A stretch of 64,000 nt of DNA from Podarcis liolepis (Eukaryota): the NCBI GenBank assembly GCA_965112155.1, contig OZ218103.1. One strand, 5' to 3'. The translations under genes were made by a program, and so were the position numbers. Shown here one piece after another: positions 25,400-37,305 of this stretch. The notes beneath the pieces were generated by a model, which made no database searches, was not told where the DNA came from, and was given only the letters and a program-made list of their open reading frames with translations. Position 1 is the first letter of the stretch. Every line of letters begins with the position of its first letter.

Positions 25400-26350
25400 T
25401 GTGGGTCGGGGGTTCCTCTATTAATGGCAGATTCTTCCAATCCAGAGTCCGGGAAGATCGCAAGCTGCAGCTTCCCTTTCTGCAAACGGGTTGGGCGCGG
25501 AGGCGGAGCGAGGTGATGGCACTCCGTTATAATTGTCAATAGCAGCACGTTATCCCTCACCTGTTCTGCCCTGCCTAGTATATAACAGCAAGCAAGCCTC
25601 CCCGCCCTCACCTGAACACGCCTCAACGTGCACTTGGGATGCTCACCTCCCCAGAGATGGTGAAACTTCCTTTCCGCGGCCGCCTGCAGGCTTTCGTGGG
25701 CGGGGAAAGGGGGCCGCCGGAGTCCTATTACATTTCTTCTCTCCGCTCCGGCAACGGAAACACGCCTGCTCGCTCGCTTAGTGGCAGCGGCCAAGCGACT
25801 GGTTTGTGCCGCCCCGCTTTCCCACAGTTAAGAGACTCTTGGCTGCCCGGGCGTATGAGGGCGCACGTTCCCCTTGTGAGCCGGGCAAGGGGACTGTCTA
25901 GGCCTGGTACATTATCCCCACAGGCAGGACAGGCCTAGTGCGAAGCTCCGACTCCCAGTAGCCAATGCCGCCGGCAGGAAAGGCGGCGCGGCGGGGGGGG
26001 GGGAGCGGAATAGCGGGAGGCAATAGCAGTGGCTTTTCGAAAGTGCGAGCTGCGCGATTATTTCCTGAACGACGAGGCTAGGCCTCTCACGGCAACCCCT
26101 CTAGCGAAACACAAGCACCCTTGGCGGTTGTGGAGCGCTTGCCGTTTGGGCCCTCAGATTTCGTCTTCTCGCCGCCGCCAGTTCACTAACACAGCGCCCC
26201 GAAGGCCGTCCAGGCCGCGTCGGGAAGTCTGGGCAAGTGCTGACCCCGCTGTTCGCAATTTGGGGTACATAAGCGTCTGGTTCGTCCCGAGGGACAGCTC
26301 ACTCCTATGCGGAGTTAGGCTCTTAAGCCCACAGAAGCTCTCCATAGGAT
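25400..26350. promoter_or_regulatory. CEP250: CpG island / CEP250 promoter with probable non-coding first exon
   Basis: High GC and CpG density, GC boxes, CCAAT; minus-strand GTGAG donors near 25557, 25608 and 25642; 1.5-2 kb upstream of the first coding exon. Confidence 0.8.
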
Positions 26351-26653
26351 AGGCTACAAACCTGTGCTCAAAATACAGAGGGGTTCTCTTTCACGTTGTT
26401 TACTTATTTACCGAATTACTATTGTAGCCTTATTAATCCATGGGTCGGAATAATTGTTGCACCCGAGCAGAGACAAAAGGAGCCAAACGACACTATTACT
26501 AGTATATATTTATTTATGCCCCATCTTTTCCCCAACATGAGGCAGTTAAAACAATTTAACATATTTAAAACATGTAAAACAATCACATATGCTCCCAGAT
26601 AATACCTTTAAGGATGCCAAAATCTGAGTCATGAAATGGGGTTTATGCAAGTA

Positions 26654-26876
26654 CAGTGGTACCTCGGGTTACATACGCTTCAGGTTACAGACTCCGCTAA
26701 CCCAGAAATAGTACCTCGGGTTAAGAACTTTGCTTCAGGATGAGAACAGAAATCGGGCTCCGGCGGCGCGGCAGCAGCAGGACGCCCCATTAGCTAAAGT
26801 GCTTCAGGTTAAGAACAGTTTCATGTTAAGAACGGACCTCCGGAACAAATTAAGTACTTAACCCAAGGTACCACTG
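26654..26876. mobile_element. Tigger/pogo-type (Tc1/mariner superfamily) MITE
   Basis: TIR cagtggtacct...aggtaccactg, TA TSD; near-identical copies at 50465 and 53371. Confidence 0.92.
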
Positions 26877-27958
26877 TACCATGGTAGGATGTCTCACTGC
26901 TTTCAATAGGGACCCAGGATTGGCTGGATGAGGCAGCAGTCTTAACTGAAGAGGAACAATGGAATCCGAACACCCCAGAAATTATGTTTTATTGACTGCT
27001 AATGGGGCTTGCTCTTAGGTAAATGGGATTAGAATTGCCACTTTAGGCCTTTGAATCAGGTTACATGCTTGCTTAGAAGTAAGTCTCATTGAAAAGTAAT
27101 AGGACTCATTTCCAAAAGAAGTTGGTTAGCATTATGGTGTCAGGTGTAAGAACGGAGAAATTTCAGTGCCCAGATTCAAGCTGTGCCCAATAACATGTTA
27201 GTTGCTCTCAGTACCTCTGTTGGAATTGATCTGATGGCTGAGTTGTAAATTATCTCCTGTGAATTGGTTGCTGTAAATGTGTATTTTGGTAGCATTTAGC
27301 AGTTCTGATAGTTTTTTGTAACCTGCCCTGAGAGCATGTAATTAATGTGTACAATGAATAATAATAATATAAACTACTTTTACGAGTACTGATTCTAATC
27401 TCTTTAGGGGCTGTGAAAACAGAACTGGGGTAGTTATTCCAAGTTAATTAACACAGATATGAAATGGGAAGTTATACTAGAAGCATTCTATATATGAAGT
27501 TATGCCTGTAGGGCCTTTCACACTGGCTGAACAACTGCTTGCTCTGTCAGCACACGGGTGTTCATATGAACCCCTCTTGTGAATCATACTACTTAAGCAC
27601 AGAATTTGGTATATATGAAGAATTCAGCACCTGAGAATCTCCAGTTTCATGGTTTGTTTTAAAGAAGTACCATTAAAAACTTGATTGTGCCAAAGGTTCA
27701 AAATGTATGAACACTGTTGAAATTTCAAAGCTGAGCAGTTCTTTACTTGACCAACAGGCCTTGCCTTTCAGCATCCATAATTGCCATCTTAGTTCCTCTA
27801 CAGTTGACCAGACTTCAGACATGGCAAAGCCTAAACCTGTTGACCAGCAGACAACTTTATTTCAACTGAACTTCTTTCCAAATAAATACAGTAGTGGTAT
27901 CAGCCTCCCATTCACTACAAACAGTTTCTGTCGGGCTCCAAAGACTCCTTCCATCATA

Positions 27959-28185
27959 CAGTGGTACCTTGGTTTACAACCATAATCCATTCTGGAGGTC
28001 TGGTTGTAAACCAAAACAGGTTGTAACCCAAGGCATACTTTTGCCAATGGGGCCTCCCAAAAAAAATTGGTTGTAATTAAAAAAAAAGGTTGTAATAAAA
28101 AAAAGGGACACGCACTTCCGGGTCTGACGTGGTTGTAATCCAAAATGGTTGTAATCCAAAGCGGTTGCAAACCAAGATACTACTG
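27959..28185. mobile_element. Tigger/pogo-type MITE, related family
   Basis: cagtggtaccttggtttacaacc ... ggttgcaaaccaagatactactg, TA TSD. Confidence 0.85.
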
Positions 28186-30629
28186 TATTATTTTTCCTGA
28201 AAAGTCTTCCTTAAAAATGTAAAATTTCTTCTGCCACACATCTGTCCTACTACATAAGTACTATCTGTGTTTTGCCCTGCTGAAATTATGAATCCATTCC
28301 TTTAGATTTTTTTTGGAACTCTTGTTTTTTCATATGAAGCATTTAAAAAAACCTATTAATAAAATATAATTTCTCAAGTTAGTACTGATTTCAGAAGAAA
28401 AACCACATGGAACTGATCAGGGAAATATTCGGATAATGTTAACTTTGGCTCAAAGATGTAGAAGATTGTTGCATGTGCTTCAGATCTAGCATAAATTCTG
28501 TTGGATACACTCATGATTTCTGTAGACTGGTTGCAGCTTGTTTCTATAACGTTCTGGCGCTGCTGCAGACAAGCAAATCACATGATTCTGTCTCCAAGTT
28601 TCCATGCCTTGGATTATTGTACTCAGCCACTTGCTTCTTCAGATTCTTATGCTTCTGTTTGCATTAAGACACTAATGTTATTGATTTATAAGCCCAAGAA
28701 GCTGGAGACCTTGGACTCTGCTTTCCAATTATTAGAAATGTCATTTGTTAGACACTGCCAACAGCAACATCTGGTTTCTATTATTTAAAGGGACAGAAAT
28801 TATTGGTAACCTTTTTTGTGAATGCCAAAGAAGCCCACAGTATCCATGCCCCTTAGAGGCCCCTTTCTTCCTCAGGTCTCTTGTAACAACTCACAGAAGC
28901 TGTCAGTATCCATACTGTACCCTTGAGGGGCCTCCACTATGAGAGCACATTTTAGAAAATGTATTTGCAGCCTTTTGGTTCCTTGGTCATAAAGGGCTAC
29001 CTCTCAACTATGGCATAAAACTCACATCAGTGGCTACTTCAGCAGGTGTTCCCAGTAGCTGGGGAGAATGAAACCCAAGTTGTAGTTCCTTAGAATCCTG
29101 CAGAGAACTTTTTCTTAGCTTTATTACAAAGCAGAGAGTGTGACGTTCTAGTGCTGTACAACTTATTATTTCCTTCCAAAGAAGATGGTTGGCCATATGT
29201 CTTTTTGTGACGGCTTAAACTATATCATATGGTGGCTTCCTAGGTTAGCAAAGGGATTTTTCTCTCTGAAACTAGCTAAACATAAGGTCTGAAGAGCAGT
29301 GATTTGTAGATAGGAACCATTTTTAAAACTGCTCCCTCCGGAGTACTGTTGCAGTCTGAGTACATTGCCTGCATATATTTGCTAAGCCTCTTGACACTGA
29401 AACACACTATTCTTTCTTCACTTTTCTGTTTACTTTAGTGAAGCTCAAGCCCTGCCATAGCTAAGGTTACGCCAGGATATTCCATATAGTGAGACATTCT
29501 AAAAGTTTGCAATCATTCTTGGGCGCCATAGCCTGCTGTGGCATATATTTGGCATACATCTAGGCAGTCCCTCGGCCTCCACTTTCTGCTTGTACAATTT
29601 ATGGACAGCTCCTATCATGAAGAGTTTCTGTCCGTATAGCTAATAAACTGAAGGTTTTGCTGTAACAGCACTAAATAGCTCTAATGAGACTTATTCCCAC
29701 TTAATGGGTGGAATTGGCCTGGTTGCCCAGGAACAAGCTTTTGTGCTGGAGATAGCCAGGGGGGAAATTTAATGGCTACAGTTTTGTACCCAAGCACTGG
29801 ATCAGAAAGCACACAGCCTCTGAAACGAAGAAGGGGGAAACAGAGCATGGAAATTGTTTCAAATTGCACAGCTAGGTAGGTGGAAAAAATGAGCGAGGTA
29901 CCTACCACTAATACCATGGACATATAATAAGAATTTGTTATGCTACCATAGAATGCTTCCACACACATTTATTGTGGGATCAGTGTACCTCATGCATGCA
30001 AGTTTTGTGGGGGGTTTTTTGGTATGTTTGTTTGTTTGTTTGTTTTTGCAGTAGCCACATCATTGGCATCAAAACACCAGCCCATATTTTCCCCTCTAGA
30101 TTTACTCTTCCCACAGAAAATCCAGTCAAGACAAATTTGTTGCCTGTTTACAACATCTCAACAACCCATTTGCAGATTAAGACCCCGACTGGAAACATAC
30201 ATAGTCAATTCCCTCAGCAGAATGAGGAGGATAGTTGGTGTGCTGGAGTGAGAATGGCAAAAATCCAGCAGACTGAATGCTGGGAAACTAACAACTGGGT
30301 TGACAATTGTAAAGTACTCATGAGAGATCCTAGGGTTTGGGATGGCCTCTAGCAAGCAGTCCAAAAGTCTTAACTGGAGGAGATTAGACTGAAGAGCTTA
30401 TCCACACTGAAGCAATATGTGGATTTGCACCAGCCTGTCTCCCCATTAATATGGGGGCATCCCCACCCCAATGTTTCACCACCTTAAATGTGGGGTTTTT
30501 TATCCTAGCCATTTCAAACTTTCCAAGTATTAAAAAACCCTGCATTTAAAGGGGGCAGAGTCCAGCCCAACGCTAGGATGAGGGGTATGTCCTCATATAA
30601 TAGTAGAATCCCTTAGGCCTCATCCTCTA

Positions 30630-30742
30630 CAGGTGGGGAACCTGCAGCCCTCGAAAGGTTGCCGAACTACAACCCCTACCATTCCTGACCATTGGCTGAT
30701 GGAGTCCAACAAGATCTGGAGGCCACAGGTTTTCCATTCCTG
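30630..30742. mobile_element. Old short hAT-like MITE
   Basis: caggtggggaacctg ... caggttttccattcctg termini; relics of the same type near 41650-41790 and 55930-56015. Confidence 0.6.
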
Positions 30743-32223
30743 TTCCACTTAAACCAATCCTAAGTGCACATACTTCCCATTACCCTTGTCTCCATCTTCC
30801 TCTCCTTCCTCTGTACCCTCTGCCTGTGTCTGACTTTATAAGTCTCTTGAGCCCAAGTAAGTCCACATTGTTCAGCTGAAAATATAGTAAGTTTTCATAT
30901 TAAAATCTGGTAAAATGAGGAGATTGGGAAATGCCTTGCCTTGGGGAGTCAGGATAACTGTATATACCCTACTCTAGGCTTTTCTTGCTCATCACCAGCG
31001 CTCAAAATTCGCCAGGCACTAGATGCATTTTGCAGCTGGCTATTGGCTACTTGCGACCATGTGAAGATGCCCGGGTGTCAGAATGGTGCCTGACGTCTCC
31101 ACCATCTGGAGGTGCGTGCCTGGGGATCCTTGGATCTTGACTGATTTCACACACTAGCAACATATCCTGTATGTTCTATTCTATTCTTTATATTTTATTT
31201 GCACAATCAGAATGTATGTTAGGAACCAAAAAGTAATTGAAAAAGATGACTTTTGAGCCTTCTGGCATAAAAATGGCAACTAGGCATTCCATTTTGATGA
31301 CTGTAACCCTGGTTTAAGGAGCTATTTGGTGCCTAGCTTATATATCTGAGTTTCTAACACTGCACCTCACGTGTTCTTTGTCAAACTGCTGAAATTCCCT
31401 GTGCTTTAACTTCTAAAGAACTGCTCAGTCCCCAAACAGCTGCGTCAGCATAAAAAACTATAGCGCTCATTAGTGGTTTGAGGACTGCAATCTCTATTTG
31501 TACAATGGGGATCATGCTGCTTGCTCAGGCTATTAGAGCACAGTTAGTAAGAAAATTAATGTTTGAAGTAGTACTTTCTTTAAACATTTCTGCTTCTGGT
31601 CATGGTCAAAACCAACTGTTGGCAGGGAAAAAAATGGTTTAAGGATCAAATGACACCCTCAACCCCAATTAACACCTCCTTTATTTTTTATTTTCTCTGA
31701 GCTGGTTGGGCTCATTCCTTTTTCTAATAGAAACAAGTCACCTTTCTGACATATACAGAAGAAATCTTGTAATTATTCTGAATTTAAAAACTTGACTACA
31801 TGTGACAAAGCTGTGGTGTTCCTGCAGCAACTGGGAGACTTAACAGCAAAGTCTGTAGTGCCAAGGTGCATCAGTACCTTTTGCCATCCTAATAATAGCT
31901 TTAGAGGGCAATTTTGTTTGGAGTTGGGATGGCATAGCATAGTGGAGAAGGGTTAACCCTCTCCAGCCTGCTTCCCCAATCAAATCAGTAATCCACCAGC
32001 TCCGCTTTGAATTTTTTTTGTTTTTTGCCTGACTTGGAGCGACACACACATTTTTTGTTTTGTTTTGTGCCTTAAGGTTAATGGAAGATCCAGGACTTAT
32101 TCACACTGCAGTTTATTTTTTTTTTTAAAAAAATTAAAGAACAGTTTTAACAACATAAATAGAAAAAGTGAAAAAAGAAAAAGGTCTACTATATTATTAC
32201 AAGAGTTAACAATAATATATATA

Positions 32224-32300
32224 CAGGGTGATTCATCATGAAGTATACAGTTTCCATTCATAGTAAATGGAAACTGTATACTTCATTATGAATCACCCCG
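32224..32300. mobile_element. Palindromic mariner-type MITE (near-perfect hairpin)
   Basis: cagggtgattca...tgaatcaccccg arms around a short loop, flanked by TA repeats. Confidence 0.75.
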
Positions 32301-34059
32301 TATATATGCCTTAGATAAGTATATATGGGATTGTAATTGTTAACACACTGAAATTTAATGGGAATTTGAAGCTGTTTGTGTCTCTGTATTTTTGTCTGGC
32401 AAATGACATCCTCCTCATTCAAATGTTACCCTGCTCTCCTCCCTGCCCCCCATTCAGATTTTCCTGATATGCCAGTCATCTGACAAGGGAATAAGATCCA
32501 ATATAAAATCCCATGTGACCCAACTGTGAAGGCATTGAAGCACATTGTGTACATTGCATGGGCAAGTTTGTTTACATACATGGTGACATTTCACTGTGTG
32601 CCATCTATTGCCACACTTCTTCCATTTTGTTTTCATTTTGGAGCGACACACACTTTTTTTTTACTTGCCTGCTTTTTTGCGCAAATTTGGTAACTAAAAA
32701 AACCTATAATTTTATCTTAAATTAAGATAAATGATATCTGTGCACATGCCTACAGTGGACCACAGGTTTCTGGAAACGATGGTGGGTGGGGGAGTCCTAA
32801 TCAAGGGGAGGAGACAGCAACACACTGTGTGAATAAATCCCATCAAACACCACCAACTGATGTGGATGGGAAACATTGAGAGAGATTTCAGAGGCTGAAA
32901 ACTAAAAGCGCTCACATTTGGATGCACAGAAATATACACAGGGAAACAGTGACCCAGGTGCATATGAATGCCTAAGGTGGACACAGCCCCAATCAGACAT
33001 TTCATCCATCTAAAGTAAACAAACAAATAAATAAATAAATAATAAGCATTGGACAAAGCAGTCATAGCTCCTGGGCATATTTCAGCAGGTGATGTAGGTT
33101 GTGGTGCACAGGTGGACAAGAAGCCCCTGAAACATTCCCTATGCAGCAGAATTCATCTTGGGGCCAAATTTTGTTGAGCAACATGTACAAGATTAAAGAT
33201 TTGGGATGCTCTTCTTCATGCAGAAGACATCACTCAGCGAAGCTCACCTGTTTTTGTTACAATCTAGAAGACATTATTTGCCTAATTCACGGTCTGTTTT
33301 CCCAAAGTTTATATCCTGTTTTCTGGAATCAATGCAGCAAGAAAGCTTCATTCCACATATAAATGTATTTATGATATCTAGTACCTTTACAGTTCCAGCA
33401 GTCTGTTTTGTAATAGCAATTTTTTAATTTTTCTGTAAAATATCACATTTATACTAAACTATTTAAACAAGCTGTCTTTTCTTTCACAGGAGCTCTAGGT
33501 TCCTGCAGGGGACACTGCTGCTTAAACATTGACTAATCCTGGTAAAGAGAACCAGTTAAATAAAAGACTCTAAAAAGCTTTATGCAGCGCTAGCAAATAT
33601 TCCCTTAGCTAGGCATCACATGAGATTTTGCTTAATTTCTTAAAGACTTTTAAAAATATGTCATAATAAATGTTTTAACGTGCTTATTAAAGAAGAGTTT
33701 ATTTTGTTAATACTCTTGTTAACTCTCATCCTTTCATCACCCAGTGACAGAAGGAAATTGCTGCTAATAAAGGTCAGCGTCTATGTTCAGAAGAACTTTA
33801 TAAAACATCTCTGTGAATTAGAGCATGCTTTAATGCATTTATTCCAACTGATTTTGTTAAAGGCTTCTACTTTTTCTCTTATACGGCTTTGTCTTGTTTA
33901 AAATGAGAAGTTCATTTAAGGCTAAAAGAGGCAACAAATTGCCACTTTAAATTGCATATTCTATAGAGTTTGGGTCCTACAGAGTTGTTTTACATGAAGC
34001 AGAGTATGACTCATGCTAATGGAAAGGGCAAAGAAGACTTTTTAAAAGAAATATATCAC

Positions 34060-34585
34060 ACTTAAATTAGTTTAGACAGCATGACATCAGAGAGTAATTA
34101 AATAGGTTTTTGTTGGAATTCCGCTTCCAATTCCTGAGTTCAGGTTTGTAAAAGATTTCTGAGCACCTGCAGGTTTCTGTGTGTGAAATATTTTCACTGG
34201 AAGGGATTCAAAACTTTTTTAAAAACCTTTTAATACAGAGGCAGCATTACGCCATTCTTCCTTCTTGGAAAAAAAACCCTCTCCGATTTAAACAAGAGTC
34301 CTTCAAGTTTTTAGTCACTTTTACAGAAGAAAGGGGGGTGGTAAACTTTCTCTTTTCAAGAACAAGCTGCTAGCAGAAACCAGGAGAAGACCAAATTGAC
34401 TAAATTAGCATTTCCACTATGGGACTGGATACAAATATTAAACAAGTAGATTTAAAGTGCTTTAAGCTGAAAATAAAACGCTTTCTGCTGACTTTGGTTC
34501 TTAATTTTTTTCATGTTTTCTTATGCCAAACTGGAGGAACCTTTTCTGATTTTTTCTTTGGTGGCATTCAAAGGAAGACCAGAGG
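34060..34585 (+). promoter_or_regulatory. GDF5: GDF5 proximal promoter and 5'UTR (conserved blocks)
   Basis: Blocks gacagcatgacatcagagagtaattaaat, caattcctgagttcaggtttgtaaaagattt, ggcagcattacgccattcttccttcttggaaaaa and gcatttccactatgggactggatacaaa match the human GDF5 promoter/5'UTR as recalled. Confidence 0.8.
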
Positions 34586-34589
34586 ATGA
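34419..34589 (+). CDS. Upstream ORF in GDF5 5'UTR, 56 aa (MGLDTNIKQVDLKCFKLKIKRFLLTLVLNFFHVFLCQTGGTFSDFFFGGIQRKTRG*); putative microprotein
   Basis: Open frame read directly; Kozak actATGg; stop TGA overlaps GDF5 ATG; translation not demonstrated. Confidence 0.6.
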   Translation: MGLDTNIKQVDLKCFKLKIKRFLLTLVLNFFHVFLCQTGGTFSDFFFGGIQRKTRG

Positions 34590-35222
34590 AAATCCTGCAC
34601 TTTCTTACTCTACTGCTTTGGCACTTTAGCTGGTTTTACCTCGTTTTCATTTCCTTAGCACTGAGTCCTGCTGAAGCAAGTCAAGGCAATCCAGGATCCA
34701 AATTAGGATTGTCAAACATAGATGGAAAAGAGAGAAACCCCTTGCCAAGGGCAGGTACATTTAGAACGGGGAACCATGGATATAGTGCTGGGAATTCAAA
34801 GTCTAGGGCAAAAAATAATAATGCGCAAGCCGGACTTCTCTTGGCAAAGACTGATGACTCAAAGAAGACTCTCTCTAAAGCAGGGAGCACAGACAAAAAG
34901 GTAGGAGTTCAATCTTCAAACAGACAATCGGGAATAAGGACGGTGACCCCAAAGCTACAGAACTTTGGCCCCAAGGCCCCACTGAAGAAAACTGGCACCA
35001 GCAATTCAGATGCCAGCTCCTTCAAAACCAAAAAGACTAAAGAAGCTATTGCCCAAAGGGAATCTAAGGAGGCGTTCAGGCATCCTGCGATCACCCCACA
35101 TGAATACATGCTCTCCCTGTACAGGACTCTCTCTGATGCAGAACGGAAAGGTGTTAATGGAAGCGTAAAACTGGAGACTGGGCTTGCCAATACAATTACA
35201 AGCTTCATAGACAAGGGGCAAG
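34586..35222 (+). CDS. GDF5: GDF5 exon 1 (signal peptide and N-terminal prodomain)
   Basis: MKILHFLTLLLWH signal; ITPHEYMLSLYRTLSDAERKG...GLANTITSFIDKGQ; donor AG|GTAAG. Confidence 0.97.
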
Positions 35223-36436
35223 GTAAGAAAATAGAATGTTTGCCTATCTTTCAAGTGTATGAAATCCATGTCAGAAGTTAAAGGGCAGAGGGGATCTGTT
35301 TTTCCAAAAATCTTGGCATTTTCATCCTTGCAATGTAGATTTAAAAAGCATTTTTCACATCAGCTTTTTGATATGTTTACAATGACCAAACAAAACGGCC
35401 ATGCTTTTATCTCAGTGATATTAGTAATTTTAGGATTATGTTGTTGTTGTTGTTTTACAGTGAAATAAAATGCTTTTATTTCCTGCAGAACATGCTACTA
35501 AAAGTGTATGGTGGCAGTATATCTGCTGCAGCAAACAATACCCAATTAGTCCATTTCAGCTAAAATACCAATTTAAAGGGTTAGACTTGGGGAGAAGAAG
35601 ACTCTAGAGTCTTTCTGATTTTCAGTCAGTCAGTCCTTGCTGATTTTGTTGTTTGTCTGTTGTTATGAATCAAACAAATTTAGATGTACCTTGTTATAAG
35701 AAATAAGCAGGAGATTTAATATTTCGGTGATGTCTCCAAGAGCTCATCAGGAGTCCATCCACATTCTTCCTTAGACCTTCACAGGGCCCCACAGCAACCT
35801 GTGAATGCTGGATGGATCAAGTGACAGTGCTGTTGGGTGCACAGGTCTCTGACACAAGCACCATTGGAATGAATGATTTGTGCAACCATGCTTGGTAAAT
35901 TTAGCTTGGATCAGTCATTTTAATGTTGAGTGTTTAGTCTTTATCTAGACTAAAGGAAGTGTCATGCTAATGGACAACAAAGACTCTCTCTCTCACACTT
36001 TCTCTATGTATCTCAATAGGTAGATAGTATATAAAAGCGAATGTATGCCTTCAAACGCTAAATCAAGTGACAGCACATAAGTGACCAAAAGTACAATAAA
36101 ACAAAATGTATTAAATTTGCCGTCTGGAATCTTAATACCAAATGCAGTCAAATGGAAACTAAGTCCTATTGATTAGCCTTAATGTACTGTCGGATTAACT
36201 TTGGGGGACAAGAACACAGACTAAAATAATGCAGAAATATTTCTATGTCTGAATTCGAAGTGTTCTTTTAGTAAGCCTCCATGGAGTACGAACTTGTAGC
36301 ATTTCCATAGCATTGTTTTATAATTCCCAAGGCTGCAAACTAATAGTGAAGGTCATTGTATGTTATTAAGAGAAATTGAAATTTTGAACAAATTTCTGTT
36401 CAATATACATACATCTCTCCCTCTTTCTCTCTTTAG

Positions 36437-37305
36437 ATGACCGTGCTCCAGCTGTTAAAAAGCAGAAATACATTTTTGATATCAGTGCATTAGAAAAGGA
36501 TGGCTTACTGGGGGCAGAACTGCGTATTTTAAGGAAAAAACCTTCTGACAACTGGAAGCCTACTTCTCATGGGAAAACATGTCAAATGAAACTATTCAGT
36601 TGCTCCATAAGCAGGCAAGCATCCATCCTCTTGGACTCTCGGACAGTCAACATCTTAGATACCGCAAAATGGGAAGTCTTTGACATTTGGAAGCTTTTTA
36701 GGAATTTTAAAAACTCTGCTAACTTGTGTTTTGAACTGGAGGCTTTTGAAAGGGGAAGGCCTGTTGATTTAAGGACTGTGGGATTTAACAGAACAGGGAG
36801 GCAAGTCAATGAAAAAGCTCTCTTCTTAGTATTTGGTAGGACAAAGAAAAGAGACTTGTTCTTCAATGAAATAAAAGCCAGATCTGGCCAGGATGACAAA
36901 ACTGTTTATGAATACCTATTCAATCAGAGAAGAAAGAGACGGGCTCCTCTAGCAACTCGGCAAGGAAAGAGGCCCAACAAGAATCTGAAGACAAGATGCA
37001 GCAAAAAAGCACTTCATGTGAATTTTAAGGATATGGGCTGGGATGACTGGATAATAGCCCCTCTTGAGTATGAAGCTTATCATTGTGAAGGACTTTGCGA
37101 ATTTCCTCTTCGGTCCCATCTGGAACCCACCAATCATGCTGTTATCCAAACATTAATGAACTCTATGGACCCAGAGTCGACACCTCCAACTTGTTGTGTT
37201 CCGACAAGACTGAGTCCTATTAGCATCCTGTTCATTGACTCTGCTAATAATGTAGTCTACAAACAATATGAAGACATGGTAGTGGAGTCCTGCGGCTGCA
37301 GGTAG
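36437..37305 (+). CDS. GDF5: GDF5 exon 2 (prodomain, RRKRR furin site, 7-Cys TGF-beta mature domain); total CDS 1506 nt, 501 aa
   Basis: Acceptor ctttag|AT; [16 protein letters not shown]...[48 protein letters not shown]...VVESCGCR*. Confidence 0.98.

Noticed and set aside
25321-26352. ORFs of 80-157 aa in the CpG island
   Set aside because: Expected in GC-rich promoters; no homology recognised
30994-31341. Possible degenerate hAT element
   Set aside because: TIR and TSD matches too weak to call
35223-35281. C-terminal tail KKIECLPIFQVYEIHVRS of the 231-aa ORF
   Set aside because: Read-through into the GDF5 intron past the GTAAG donor
36586-37305. Stand-alone 239-aa gene
   Set aside because: Internal Met of GDF5 exon 2, which begins at 36437
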